This document shows positions 19,384-29,585 of a DNA stretch of 64,000 nt, piece after piece. How positions within the stretch are numbered: position 1 is the stretch's first letter; the number at the start of each line of letters is the position of its first letter. A model generated the notes under the pieces. That model worked only from the letters and a program-made list of their open reading frames with translations. It was not told the origin of the DNA and ran no database searches. Made by a program: the position numbers and the translations under genes. The stretch covers positions 772-64,771 of the forward strand of contig CAZPKN010000002.1 in the NCBI GenBank assembly GCA_964587195.1, in the 5' to 3' direction. The DNA comes from an uncultured Gammaproteobacteria bacterium. GTDB lineage: Bacteria; Patescibacteriota; Patescibacteriia; Patescibacteriales; UBA12465.

Positions 19384-20154
19384 ATGGAAAATTTCAAAAA
19401 CATAAAAATCATCTTTGAGAATTCCGACTATCTGGTAATTGATAAACCGGCCGGTTTAGCGGTTCATGGCGGCGGCAATATTAAAGAAAAAACTCTAGCT
19501 GATTGGCTGGTTGATAATTATCCGGAAATAGCTTCTGTCGGAGAAGATTCTTTGCGTCCCGGCATCGTCCATCGTCTTGATAAAGAAGTTAGCGGTTTAA
19601 TGGTCGTTGCGCGCAATAATGACAGTTTCAAGCACTTGAAAAGCCAGTTTAAAGACCGTGATATCAATAAAGAATATGTGGCCTTGGCGCACGGGCAGAT
19701 GATAAATGATTTTGGGACTATTAATTTCCCGATTAAACGCGCTAAAGATGGATATAAAATGGCCGCCATGCCTCTTAACACCTTTGATCTACTTAGCCGG
19801 AGCCATCCCACTAGCCGTGACCAAGGAAATCTAGACGGTATTTTTAAGGCGCGAGAAGCGATTACTGAATATTCCGTTATTAAAAAATTCATTAACTACA
19901 CGCTCTTAGACGTTAAAATATTAACCGGCCGCACCCACCAAATCCGTGTCCATTTTTTTGCTCTCGGCCATCCCCTAGCAGGAGACAATTTATATTATAA
20001 CAAGAAGTCTAAGGTCCAGAATCAAAAAATAAATCTCGGTCGCATTTTTCTCTTTGCTAAAGCCTTAAGCTTTAAAGACCGGCAAGGAGAGATGCATCAC
20101 TTTGAAATAGAGATGCCCCGGGAACTGTCAGATTTTCTCAAAAATCTAAAATAG
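19384..20154 (+). CDS. RluA-family pseudouridine synthase
   Basis: Catalytic motif HRLDKEVSGLMV and GRTHQIRVHF. Confidence 0.85.
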   Translation: MENFKNIKIIFENSDYLVIDKPAGLAVHGGGNIKEKTLADWLVDNYPEIASVGEDSLRPGIVHRLDKEVSGLMVVARNNDSFKHLKSQFKDRDINKEYVALAHGQMINDFGTINFPIKRAKDGYKMAAMPLNTFDLLSRSHPTSRDQGNLDGIFKAREAITEYSVIKKFINYTLLDVKILTGRTHQIRVHFFALGHPLAGDNLYYNKKSKVQNQKINLGRIFLFAKALSFKDRQGEMHHFEIEMPRELSDFLKNLK

Positions 20155-20279
20155 CCTAGCCGCTTAAAAAAATCACTTACTCCCGAATAGCGGCGGTCTC
20201 TAATATCTAAAAAGGCTTTGACGCTTTCCCTTATTTTTACTATAATTAAGAAGCTAATAAAAATTAATAATAAAACGAT

Positions 20280-21311
20280 ATGAAGAAACTAGTTTCTCAC
20301 TTGAAACAAAAAAAGAACTGGTCAACTCTGTTAATAGCCTTGGCCGTTCTAGTTGTTTTAGGGTTTATTACTACCATGTCTTTGAAAAAAGACGAACCGA
20401 AGAAAAGCGAAGTAAAGCCGGGTAAAACTTTGAGCGTCGAAGAGGCCAGCCTTAAAGCGGAAGAATTTATTAATACCTTCTTAATGTCTAGCGGCAGCAC
20501 TGCCAAAGTAAAAGAAGTAGTTAGTGAATACGGGATGTATAAATTAAGCATCGATATTACTAGCGATGTCGTCGAATCATACCTTACTAAGGATGGTCGA
20601 TTATTTTTCCCCCAGGCTTTAGACATCGATGAAATAACCTCCGAAAGCCAAGCGCCAGCCTCCAGCGGAGGTGCTCAAGCCTCAGTGACTGTTTCCAATA
20701 AAACTGCTAAACCGGTTGTTGAGTTATTCGTTATGAGCCATTGCCCATTCGGCACTCAAATGGAAAAAGGTATTTTGCCGGTCATTGATTTATTAGGCGA
20801 CAAGATAGATTTCGAGATTAAATTCAATGATTACGCCATGCACGGTGAAAAAGAGCTGGTTGAACAGTTAAACCAATACTGTATTCAAAAAGAACAGACT
20901 AATAAATACAGTGATTATTTATCTTGTTTCTTAGGATCAAGTGATTCGGCAGCTTGCTTAACAGAGGCTAATATTGATCAAAAAGCTTTAACCGCTTGTT
21001 ACTCTAAAACCGACAAAGAGTTTAAAGTTATGGATAACTTTAAAAACAACGTTGGTTATCAGGGTAGCTACCCGGGTTTTGATATCTATGCCTCCGATAA
21101 CGCTAAATATAATGTTGGTGGTTCTCCAACTCTAGTTATTAATGGTGAAACAATCCAAAGTAGCCGCGACTCTGCCTCTCTTCTGTCAACTATTTGTAGC
21201 GCTTTCTCCAGCGCTCCAGCAGAATGTTCCGCTTCTTTATCTAGCGCCTCCCCTTCAGCCGGATTCGGCTACGGGACAGCCGCCGCCGGGACGGACGCTT
21301 CTTGCGAATAA
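20280..21311 (+). CDS. secreted/membrane-anchored thioredoxin-fold (DsbA-like) protein with a monothiol CPFG motif
   Basis: N-terminal TM anchor, then VELFVMSHCPFGTQ at the position of a CxxC motif. The C-terminal half is Cys-rich. Confidence 0.5.
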   Translation: MKKLVSHLKQKKNWSTLLIALAVLVVLGFITTMSLKKDEPKKSEVKPGKTLSVEEASLKAEEFINTFLMSSGSTAKVKEVVSEYGMYKLSIDITSDVVESYLTKDGRLFFPQALDIDEITSESQAPASSGGAQASVTVSNKTAKPVVELFVMSHCPFGTQMEKGILPVIDLLGDKIDFEIKFNDYAMHGEKELVEQLNQYCIQKEQTNKYSDYLSCFLGSSDSAACLTEANIDQKALTACYSKTDKEFKVMDNFKNNVGYQGSYPGFDIYASDNAKYNVGGSPTLVINGETIQSSRDSASLLSTICSAFSSAPAECSASLSSASPSAGFGYGTAAAGTDASCE

Positions 21312-21328
21312 TTATTTCTCTAAGAAAT

Positions 21329-21359
21329 AAAAAAGACCCGTTTAAAACGGGTCTTTTTT
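21329..21359. terminator. bidirectional terminator between convergent genes
   Basis: Stem aaaaagacccg/cgggtcttttt. Confidence 0.8.
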
Positions 21360-21383
21360 ATTGACTTAATTTGAGCTATACAA

Positions 21384-21713
21384 TTATAGGTGGGCAGTTA
21401 AATCTCCTTTAAGCGACTCTTTATTTCTTAAACCGATAAATTCCGCCGCAACTTTCCCCCCCTTAAACAGCTTCATATTTGGAATACTCTGAATCTGATA
21501 CTGCATCGCCAAATCCTGATTCTCGCCATCTTCAGTATTAACCTTAACGATTTTAACTTGGCCAGCCATTTCTACCGAAAGCTCATCTAAAATTGGGGCC
21601 ATCATCTGGCAAGGCATACACCACGGCGCCCAGAAATCAACTAAAACCGGGACGTCGCTATTTAAGACTTCCGCTTCAAAATTACTTTTGATAACATCTT
21701 GTGCTTTTGACAT
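21384..21713 (-). CDS. trxA: thioredoxin
   Basis: WAPWCMPCQ active site. 109 aa. Confidence 0.9.
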   Translation of the reverse strand: MSKAQDVIKSNFEAEVLNSDVPVLVDFWAPWCMPCQMMAPILDELSVEMAGQVKIVKVNTEDGENQDLAMQYQIQSIPNMKLFKGGKVAAEFIGLRNKESLKGDLTAHL

Positions 21714-21725
21714 AGAATTATTATT

Positions 21726-21968
21726 TTATTTTTTAATTATTTCTTTGAAGAATTTTTGTAAGTCACTTTTATTTCGGCTCCCTTTCTCTAATAAGCATTT
21801 ATCAAACTCCGCGCTCATAATAGACTCCATTAATGAAGCGGTCCCCGACTTAATTGCCTTCAACTGAGTAATGAGAGCAAAACAATCTAACTTCTTAGAA
21901 CTGAGTTTTTTCTTAACCCCTTCGAGCTGGCCGATAATAATATTGATTCTTTGTTCGTTAGTTTTCAT
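21726..21968 (-). CDS. CsoR/RcnR/FrmR-family (DUF156) transcriptional repressor
   Basis: 80 aa with an N-terminal GQLEGVKK-type helix. Cys29 and Cys58 sit at the family's ligand positions, and Glu54 sits where CsoR has His. Confidence 0.7.
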   Translation of the reverse strand: MKTNEQRINIIIGQLEGVKKKLSSKKLDCFALITQLKAIKSGTASLMESIMSAEFDKCLLEKGSRNKSDLQKFFKEIIKK

Positions 21969-21993
21969 ATAATAACTTTAACAGACAAGCTTA

Positions 21994-22023
21994 ATTATAT
22001 CACATACCCCCCAGGGGTGTCAA
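21994..22023 (-). promoter_or_regulatory. promoter TTGACA-18-TATAAT with embedded CsoR-type operator
   Basis: On the minus strand, TTGACA at 22023-22018 and TATAAT at 21999-21994. The GC-rich inverted repeat ATACCCC-cca-GGGGTGT (22004-22020) fills the spacer. Confidence 0.7.
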
Positions 22024-22054
22024 GAAGAGGGGAAAAAAGAATATATTACCATGA

Positions 22055-22750
22055 CTATTTAACGATTTCCAACCAAAAATTATAAGCGTCTTTCTGGTAG
22101 TTATTAATTTTTAAGCCCGCGTCTTTTGCTAATTGTTGTAGTTCTCGGCTCGTGAAAGCATGATAATAGCGCAAACCTTTTTCTTGGCCTAAAGAATCCT
22201 TCCAGGGAAAAACTAAATCATTCCAATCATCTTTATTAAATCCTAAAAATTTTAAAAAATATCTTTTAAGCAAAGTTCGGCGGTACTTAACTTTAGTAAA
22301 CAAGTTCCAATTACTAATTACTAGTCGCCCGCCATCAGTTAATTTTGCGGCCATATTTTTTAAAGCCTTAACTCTCAGCTCGCGGCTCGGAATATGCTGC
22401 AGAGCGGCTAGACAAAAAATATGATCAAACTGTTTATTGCCAAGATTATCGAGTGTTAGCATATCGGAAACAACAAACTTATTATCTGGATAATTATGAC
22501 GGGCTAAATTTAAAAGTTCGATACTATTATCAACTCCGAGATAGTCAATTTTTTTATCCATTAAAGCTTCGAGCAAGCGTCCGTTGCCACAAGCTAAATC
22601 TAAAACTTTATCACCGTCTTTAACAGAAGCGGCGAACTCATAAATCTCCGGCCAAAGCGCTTTTTTTCTAGTCATATCAAAATCAGCTGCAATTTCATCA
22701 TAGCCGCTTCTAACAATTTCTAGTAATTCGTGAGCGCGAACGCTGTTCAT
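22055..22750 (-). CDS. class I SAM-dependent methyltransferase
   Basis: Motif I VLDLACGNGRL. Confidence 0.8.
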   Translation of the reverse strand: MNSVRAHELLEIVRSGYDEIAADFDMTRKKALWPEIYEFAASVKDGDKVLDLACGNGRLLEALMDKKIDYLGVDNSIELLNLARHNYPDNKFVVSDMLTLDNLGNKQFDHIFCLAALQHIPSRELRVKALKNMAAKLTDGGRLVISNWNLFTKVKYRRTLLKRYFLKFLGFNKDDWNDLVFPWKDSLGQEKGLRYYHAFTSRELQQLAKDAGLKINNYQKDAYNFWLEIVK

Positions 22751-22751
22751 A

Positions 22752-24536
22752 TTAAAAACTTAGATATTCATTTTTAGTATAGTCTTCTCGGCCCTTCGCC
22801 TGGTTAGCGCTTCTCTTTAAACAAGAATCACACTGCCCGCAAGGCCTGGCATTCAAGTCACCGAAATATTTTAAAATATATTCCTGGCGACAGCCGAGCG
22901 TATGGACATAATTTTCCATCTCATTTAACTTCTCATACGCCCGCTCGGCTTTACTACGTAAAGCCTTAAAATCAAGCTCTAAATCGCTTGACTCGACTAT
23001 CTTTAAAATTTTAATTTCCGTCCCCCGAAACGGCGGCTTATACTCTAGGCTTTCTTTTTCCGCCAGTTTTTTAACCGCTCTAAGTAATGAATCTTTTTTA
23101 ACTTTAATAACTACCGCGACTTCTTCAGGGTTGAATTCCCAGCCGGATTTAAGCTCGCTTAAATATTTCTCACCTAGCTTTTCCATTATCTCTTTCTGGC
23201 TTTTGGCTCGCGGGCTGATTGAACTTAACAATTCGTCCCAGTCTTTTTTTAACTTTAAAAATGAACTAGCGGTTTTTTCATTAGGCCGAGAAATATACCC
23301 TTCTTTTTCTAAAATTTTTAAAGCTGTCCCGATGGCCATTTCGGGAACGGATTCCGATAGATGTTGAGCAATCTCTGCATAAGTAACTAAAACTGAGGCC
23401 TTAGTATCGATTTCTAAACCAACTCGACCAACTAAAAAATCATAAATTTCAATAATCATGTTTGGATCGGGGTTATCGCCTTTGATAAAAAACTCGCGCA
23501 GATATCTATCCTGCTGATGGTAAAATAATAAACAAAAACTCGGCTGGCCGTCGCGTCCGGCCCGACCGGCCTCTTGATAATAAGCCTCGATAGTACCGGG
23601 AATATCATGATGAATAACAAACCTAATATTTTTTTTATCAATTCCTAGGCCGAAGGCATTGGTCGCAACGACAACTTGTGCCTCGCCCTTCATAAAGCTT
23701 TCTTGAACCCAGCTACGACTTTCATTGTCCATGCCGGCGTGATAAACAACCGCCCTAACGCCGTGGTCAGTTAAGGCTTCGACGATTTCATCGGCTTTAT
23801 TACGCGTTCCGACATAAATTATGCCTGAGCCTAAATCAGGATTAGTCGTTAATAGATTAATAATATTTTCAATCTTCTGACCATTGGCGGCCGGAACAAC
23901 CGCTAGTTGTAAATTAGGACGGGCGAAGCCGGTAATAACAATTTCCGGATCTTTTAAATTAAGCTGTCTAATAATATCATCGCGGACTTCTGGCGTCGCT
24001 GTCGCTGTTAAAGCAACGACGGTCGGTGAGCCAGTTAATTTAATCGCCTCTTTAAGGCGTAAAAAACTCGGACGAAAATCATGCCCCCATTGGCTAATAC
24101 AATGCGCTTCATCAATCGCAAATAAAGATACTTTAATATTTTTTAATTCCGCGATAAAAGCTTGATTGTAAAAACGCTCTGGAGCGATGTAAATAATTTT
24201 ATAAAAACCGCTTTTTACTTTTTCCAAACGACGGGCGGTTTCAACTGGGGAAATTGAGGAGTTAATAAAGGTCGCTGGGATGCCGACCGTCTCTAAAGAA
24301 TCAACCTGATCTTTCATTAAAGCAATTAGCGGCGAAATAACAATCGTCACGCCCTCTAAAATCAAGGCGGGTAACTGATAAATTAAAGACTTTCCGCCGC
24401 CAGTCGGGAGAACTACTAAAGTCGGCCGCCCGTGTAAAATATTATCAATAGCTGCTTCTTGCCCAGGACGAAAAGACCCATAGTTGAAATGGATCTTTAA
24501 AAGTTCTTTCAGTTGTTCTTTTTGCTTTTGAATCAT
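22752..24536 (-). CDS. recQ: ATP-dependent DNA helicase RecQ
   Basis: PTGGGKS, DEAH box ([18 protein letters not shown]), and zinc-binding Cys cluster CGQCDSC. Confidence 0.9.
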   Translation of the reverse strand: MIQKQKEQLKELLKIHFNYGSFRPGQEAAIDNILHGRPTLVVLPTGGGKSLIYQLPALILEGVTIVISPLIALMKDQVDSLETVGIPATFINSSISPVETARRLEKVKSGFYKIIYIAPERFYNQAFIAELKNIKVSLFAIDEAHCISQWGHDFRPSFLRLKEAIKLTGSPTVVALTATATPEVRDDIIRQLNLKDPEIVITGFARPNLQLAVVPAANGQKIENIINLLTTNPDLGSGIIYVGTRNKADEIVEALTDHGVRAVVYHAGMDNESRSWVQESFMKGEAQVVVATNAFGLGIDKKNIRFVIHHDIPGTIEAYYQEAGRAGRDGQPSFCLLFYHQQDRYLREFFIKGDNPDPNMIIEIYDFLVGRVGLEIDTKASVLVTYAEIAQHLSESVPEMAIGTALKILEKEGYISRPNEKTASSFLKLKKDWDELLSSISPRAKSQKEIMEKLGEKYLSELKSGWEFNPEEVAVVIKVKKDSLLRAVKKLAEKESLEYKPPFRGTEIKILKIVESSDLELDFKALRSKAERAYEKLNEMENYVHTLGCRQEYILKYFGDLNARPCGQCDSCLKRSANQAKGREDYTKNEYLSF

Positions 24537-25336
24537 GATGATAAATTATGGCGGCGCTTAAAGATTTCTAAAACATTCTTGAACAAGAAAGCGATTGTCA
24601 TCGGCCCGATTCCGCCCGGGACAGGGGTGAGATAGGTGGCTTTTTCTTTAACACTTTCAAAATCAATATCGCCTAAAACCTGCCCATCGACTTTAGTAGT
24701 TCCAATATCAATTAAAACCGCTTTATTTTTTATAACCTTGGCTGTTACTGCCCGTGGCACGCCTAGAGCGCTAACTAAAACATCGGCTTGTTCTGATTTT
24801 TCAGCTGGTAGAATAGTAAAGCCTTTTTTAGCTAGCATAGTCTGAGCAGACGAGCCAAAAACTTCGGAATTAAAGAAAATACAAGCTGATTTTCCAGCAG
24901 CTGAAAAGTTAATCTCTTCTAAACAAGCCGAAATAGCCGCCAGTACCGGAGAAGTAATATAACTAGGATGCTCAGGATGAAAACCATCAACGTCTTTATT
25001 AGGATCAAGAGTCGCAATAATTTTGTCAGTATCTAAATGCGCCGGCAAAGGCAGTTGAATAAGAATCCCGTCAACAGTCGCATCGGCATTCAAAAAATCA
25101 ATAATTTTTAAGAGCTCATCTTCTGAAACTTTTTCGTCTAATTTATAGGTATGAGTATCAACGCCGACTAAAACCGCTTCTTTTTCTTTTAAGGAAACAT
25201 AAAGCTTTGAGTCTTCTCTTTCGCCAACTAGAATAATCGCTAAATTAGGCCTTGAACCTTTAAGCTGATAAATTTCTCGCGCAATCTCGTCCTTAACTCG
25301 GGTGGCGATTTTTTTTCCATCAATTCTTTCAAGCAT
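24533..25336 (-). CDS. folD: bifunctional methylenetetrahydrofolate dehydrogenase/cyclohydrolase
   Basis: [10 protein letters not shown] motif. The length is right for FolD. Confidence 0.9.
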   Translation of the reverse strand: MLERIDGKKIATRVKDEIAREIYQLKGSRPNLAIILVGEREDSKLYVSLKEKEAVLVGVDTHTYKLDEKVSEDELLKIIDFLNADATVDGILIQLPLPAHLDTDKIIATLDPNKDVDGFHPEHPSYITSPVLAAISACLEEINFSAAGKSACIFFNSEVFGSSAQTMLAKKGFTILPAEKSEQADVLVSALGVPRAVTAKVIKNKAVLIDIGTTKVDGQVLGDIDFESVKEKATYLTPVPGGIGPMTIAFLFKNVLEIFKRRHNLSS

Positions 25337-25345
25337 ATTTATGTA

Positions 25346-26590
25346 TTAAGCGGTCGGAATTTTAAAGCGCTCGCAAAGCTCAAGAACGGCTTGCTTGATT
25401 TTTAACAATTCCTCGTCATTATCTTTATTCATTAACGCCTTGTCAATGTATTCGGCGATTAGAACCATCTCGGCTTCTTTCAGTCCGCGCGTGGTAATAG
25501 CCGGTGTTCCTAATCTAATCCCAGACGGATTCATGGGCGGATTCGGATCATTAGGAATAGTCGAGCGAGAAATAGACATACCGATTTTCTCGAGCGTTTT
25601 CTCCGCTTCTTTCCCAACTAAATTTTTAGAACTTAAATCAACCACCATTAAATGATTATCGGTTCCGCCGGAAATAATTCTATAACCGCGATTTATTAAT
25701 TCACTGGCGAGCGCCTTAGCGTTTAGAATAACCTGGTGGCTATAAGATTTAAATTCTGGCTTAAGCGCTTCGCCAAAAGCAACTGCTTTAGCGGCGGTAA
25801 TATGATCATGGGGGCCGCCCTGCATACCAGGAAAAACCGCGCTGTTAACTTGCTTGGCATATTTTTCTTTACACATAATAATCGCCCCACGCGGACCGCG
25901 CAAAGTTTTATGAGTCGTCGTCGAGACAACATCAAAAATCGGCACAGGATTAGCTAATTCGCCAGCGGCAATTAAACCGGCGATATGGGCAATATCGGCG
26001 AAAGTATAGGCGCCAATTTCATCAGCAATCTCTTTAAATTTCTGCCAGTCAATTTCTCGAGAGTAAGCGGAAAATCCAGCGACTATCATTTTCGGTTTTT
26101 CTCTTAAAGCGATTTCTCTAACTTCGTCCATATCAATTAACCCCGTTTCCGGATTAACACCATACTGAATAAATTCATACAGGCGTCCAGAAAAATTAAC
26201 GCTATGGCCGTGTGATAAATGGCCGCCATGATCAAGCTTTAACCCTAAAACCTTATCGCCGGGATTTAAAAAGGCCATATAAACAGCGGCATTAGCCGGC
26301 GAACCGGATAAAGGCTGGACATTAACATGCTCAGCCTTAAACAACTCTTTAGCTCTACTAATAGCTAAATCTTCAATTTCATCAATATTATAATTGCCGC
26401 CATAATAACGCTTACCGCTATAACCTTCACTATATTTATTCGTCAAAACCGTCGCCATCGCTTCTAAAACCGCTGGACTAACGTAATTTTCCGAAGCAAT
26501 AAGTTCTAGTTCCTCGTCTTGGCGCTTTTCTTCTTTCTTAATCATCTCCCAAAGAGCCGGGTCTTGCGCCGGCAAGTAATCATATTTCAT
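25346..26590 (-). CDS. glyA: serine hydroxymethyltransferase
   Basis: PLP-lysine motif TTTHKTLRGPRG. Confidence 0.95.
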   Translation of the reverse strand: MKYDYLPAQDPALWEMIKKEEKRQDEELELIASENYVSPAVLEAMATVLTNKYSEGYSGKRYYGGNYNIDEIEDLAISRAKELFKAEHVNVQPLSGSPANAAVYMAFLNPGDKVLGLKLDHGGHLSHGHSVNFSGRLYEFIQYGVNPETGLIDMDEVREIALREKPKMIVAGFSAYSREIDWQKFKEIADEIGAYTFADIAHIAGLIAAGELANPVPIFDVVSTTTHKTLRGPRGAIIMCKEKYAKQVNSAVFPGMQGGPHDHITAAKAVAFGEALKPEFKSYSHQVILNAKALASELINRGYRIISGGTDNHLMVVDLSSKNLVGKEAEKTLEKIGMSISRSTIPNDPNPPMNPSGIRLGTPAITTRGLKEAEMVLIAEYIDKALMNKDNDEELLKIKQAVLELCERFKIPTA

Positions 26591-26647
26591 ATTTTAATGA
26601 TTAATTGATTATAAAAATAAGGATGTTTTACTTTATTTTACTCTTTA

Positions 26648-26676
26648 ATCTTAGTTTAGCGAGGGGCTTTTGTCAA
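26648..26676 (-). promoter_or_regulatory. glyA operon promoter, TTGACA-17-TAAGAT
   Basis: On the minus strand, TTGACA at 26676-26671 and TAAGAT at 26653-26648. Confidence 0.55.
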
Positions 26677-26746
26677 AACAATTTAAAAGGATACATGACA
26701 TAATACTCAGCCTTCTTTTTAATTCTTCTTTATCTAGAAAAGAGTC

Positions 26747-28339
26747 TTAAATCCCCTTTTCTAAATAAGTATTTTTTAATTTATAACCTTTCTTCTTATA
26801 GTATCCCCTCACTCCTACACCGGAGATAACGCTGATTTTTTTAGCGCCATTTTCTTTGGCTATTTTTTCAGCTAGCTTAATTAATTCTCTACCCAGGCCT
26901 CTATGCTGAGTCTTTCTCTCTCCTCCTATACTAACGAGTTCTCCGTAAACATGAAGCTCTCTAATAATAGCTGGCGAAACTGGGCTACTGAAATCTAAGC
27001 GTAAACGACAAAAACCAAATAAAGTTTTTTTATCCGGGCTGTCAGCGCTAATAAAATACTCTTGGCCACCAGAGGATGGATACTGTAAAACATTCAAATG
27101 ATAGTTATTAACCAACTTATCCTTTGCCTCACGGCAACGTATACAATTACACTTAACCCCCCTCTGCTGCATAACTTGGCGGAGGTTAGTAATTTTATTA
27201 CCGGCAATAATAGATTCTGAAGGAATGTCTCTGATTAAGCGAATAATTCTAACATAAGTTGGTACAAATGTTTTACAATCAACAATGAGTTTTTGTAAAG
27301 CTTTATCGGAATATGGTTTATATTTTCCTTGTCTATGCCACTCATACAATAAACTGCCTTGTGTTACAACGGTCGGATAGAATTTTATTTGGTCCGGCTG
27401 AAAGCGTTCATCAGAAAATAATTGTTTAAACATTTCTAAGTCGCGTTTTGGCGTCGCTCCTGGTAGAGCGGGCATTAAATGATAAGTAACTTTAAAACCA
27501 AATTGTTTTAAGGCTTTAGTAGCCGCGGCGATTTCATCAACTCCATGACCGCGCTTATTAAGCGCTAAAATTTTATCGTCTATCGCCTGAACGCCAATTT
27601 CCACACGTGTACAACCTAAATCGCGCATCTCGAGTAGCTCTTTATGGCTAATGTAATCTGGTCTAGTTTCAAGAGTAAGCCCAATAATTTGATATTTAGT
27701 GGTTTCATTTTTCTTCTGTTCAAGTTTTAAAAAATATTTTAACTTGTCCAGACCTAAATTTTTCGGATAGAAACTTTTTAACCCGCTTAACTTATCTTTA
27801 TTTTCATATTTTTTAAAATCATTAGCCGCTCTAAAGCAGTTTAAAATATACCAGTAGCGATATTTAATCGGCAGATAGCTCCAAGTCCCGCCAATCACAA
27901 TAATTTCTATTTTTGTTGGCTCATGCCCATTATTAACTAGGGTTTTAAGGCGATGAACTGTTTGAATATACGGATCGTAATCACAGCGAATAGCTCTCAT
28001 TACTGCTGGCTCATTAGACAAATAGCTGACCGGAACATCTTTTTCATGAGGGCAATAAGCACATTCTCCAGGGCAAGGATAAGACTTTGTTAAAACTGCG
28101 ACTGGCGCAATTCCCGATAAGGTTCGAATGCCGCGTTTACGGAGTAAACTCGCTAAAATTTCTGATGGAGCTATTTCTTTCTTATCTAAAAGCTGACGAT
28201 ATATTTTTAAAATATCCGCATTTAAAATAGAACCAACTTTAAATTGTTTACAGACCGCTCGTTTAGCAACTTCTAAGTCCTCGCGGCTTTTTATTTTCGA
28301 TCCGTATTTTTTTAATAAATATATGATTGCCTCCGACAT
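26747..28339 (-). CDS. elp3: Elp3-like radical SAM / GNAT acetyltransferase (tRNA U34 modification family)
   Basis: Radical-SAM cluster CPGECAYC (Cx3Cx2C) and a C-terminal GNAT motif HRGLGRELI. At 530 aa it is collinear with Elp3. Confidence 0.8.
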   Translation of the reverse strand: MSEAIIYLLKKYGSKIKSREDLEVAKRAVCKQFKVGSILNADILKIYRQLLDKKEIAPSEILASLLRKRGIRTLSGIAPVAVLTKSYPCPGECAYCPHEKDVPVSYLSNEPAVMRAIRCDYDPYIQTVHRLKTLVNNGHEPTKIEIIVIGGTWSYLPIKYRYWYILNCFRAANDFKKYENKDKLSGLKSFYPKNLGLDKLKYFLKLEQKKNETTKYQIIGLTLETRPDYISHKELLEMRDLGCTRVEIGVQAIDDKILALNKRGHGVDEIAAATKALKQFGFKVTYHLMPALPGATPKRDLEMFKQLFSDERFQPDQIKFYPTVVTQGSLLYEWHRQGKYKPYSDKALQKLIVDCKTFVPTYVRIIRLIRDIPSESIIAGNKITNLRQVMQQRGVKCNCIRCREAKDKLVNNYHLNVLQYPSSGGQEYFISADSPDKKTLFGFCRLRLDFSSPVSPAIIRELHVYGELVSIGGERKTQHRGLGRELIKLAEKIAKENGAKKISVISGVGVRGYYKKKGYKLKNTYLEKGI

Positions 28340-28439
28340 ATTTTTCTTGGTATACTGAAATTAGTTAATATTTATGGGTTAATTATTAAGATTTGCCCCG
28401 TTAATTAAGGATATCTCATTTTCTTTTATTAAACAATTT

Positions 28440-29585
28440 ATGAAAAGCTATTTTATTAAATTTTCCCTATTATTAGCCGTTTTATTTCTAACGGCCACTC
28501 CCGCCCAGGCTAAAGACGACCAGGTGAAGAATGTATTACATGTCCAAGCTAATGAAATAATTACTAGAAATATATATACACTCTCTGATGAAATAATTAT
28601 TGACGGGACTATTAATGGTGATCTAGTCGCCATAGCGGACGAGATCATTATTAACGGCCAACTTGAGGGCGACTTAATCGCCTTTTCTCCAAAAATATCC
28701 ATAAATGGAACTATAGGAGGTAATGTTAGAGTTATTGGAGTTGACTTCGAGCTCAACTCAACCATCTCTCGCAATTTAACTATTTTTGCAGAAAAAATTA
28801 ATTTAACTGAAGATAGTCGCATACTATGGGACGCTGCCATGATAGGAACAAGTGTTTCGAGCTCAGGAAAAATAGACGGATCACTAAATATTATATCTAA
28901 TCAAGTATTGTTATCTGGCGAAGTAAATAATAATGTTGATGTAAAATTACACACCAATAAAAAAAATCCTGGTAGCTTACGGTTAATAATGTTTACTACA
29001 GGCGGAGACTTGAACTACCGTTCGACTACTCCGATTAAAATAGACGAAGCGTCAATCATTGGCGGGCAAGTTCGTGCTGATTTAATCCAACCGCCAAAAA
29101 CATTTCTAATCCCTAATTTTTCCTGGGGAATGTTAATATATAAAATTATTAGCGCTTTGATTTTTGGATTGCTTATTATTCTAGTAGGCAAAAAATATCT
29201 CTTAGGCTTAGAAGAAAAAATAAAAAACAACCCAAAAAAATTAATCATACCCAGCTTAATTATTTTCTTCGGCATTCCTTTCGCTAGTATAATTTTATTT
29301 ATAACCATCATCGGAATCCCGCTTTCCTTAACTATTATCGCTCTTTGGCTGATTCTGCAATATCTAGCAAAAATATTAATTATGATGTTGGGCGGCCAAA
29401 TAATTATTAAATTTTTTAGAAAAGACCGGCCTTTCCATATTATCTGGGCCTTGGTGCTGGGCGTTATTATTTCTTATTTATTATTTTCTCTTCCTGTAAT
29501 CGGTGGCTTGCTGAGTGTACTGGCAAGCTTAGCCGGCTTAGGCGGACTATATTTATATGTTACCGATAAACCCCGACGTATTTAA
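28440..29585 (+). CDS. signal-peptide protein with bactofilin-like beta-helical repeats fused to a C-terminal multi-TM domain
   Basis: Signal peptide ending PAQA. Repeated I-x-G-x-(I/V)-x-GDL units. About 5 hydrophobic helices in the last 160 aa. Confidence 0.5.
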   Translation: MKSYFIKFSLLLAVLFLTATPAQAKDDQVKNVLHVQANEIITRNIYTLSDEIIIDGTINGDLVAIADEIIINGQLEGDLIAFSPKISINGTIGGNVRVIGVDFELNSTISRNLTIFAEKINLTEDSRILWDAAMIGTSVSSSGKIDGSLNIISNQVLLSGEVNNNVDVKLHTNKKNPGSLRLIMFTTGGDLNYRSTTPIKIDEASIIGGQVRADLIQPPKTFLIPNFSWGMLIYKIISALIFGLLIILVGKKYLLGLEEKIKNNPKKLIIPSLIIFFGIPFASIILFITIIGIPLSLTIIALWLILQYLAKILIMMLGGQIIIKFFRKDRPFHIIWALVLGVIISYLLFSLPVIGGLLSVLASLAGLGGLYLYVTDKPRRI

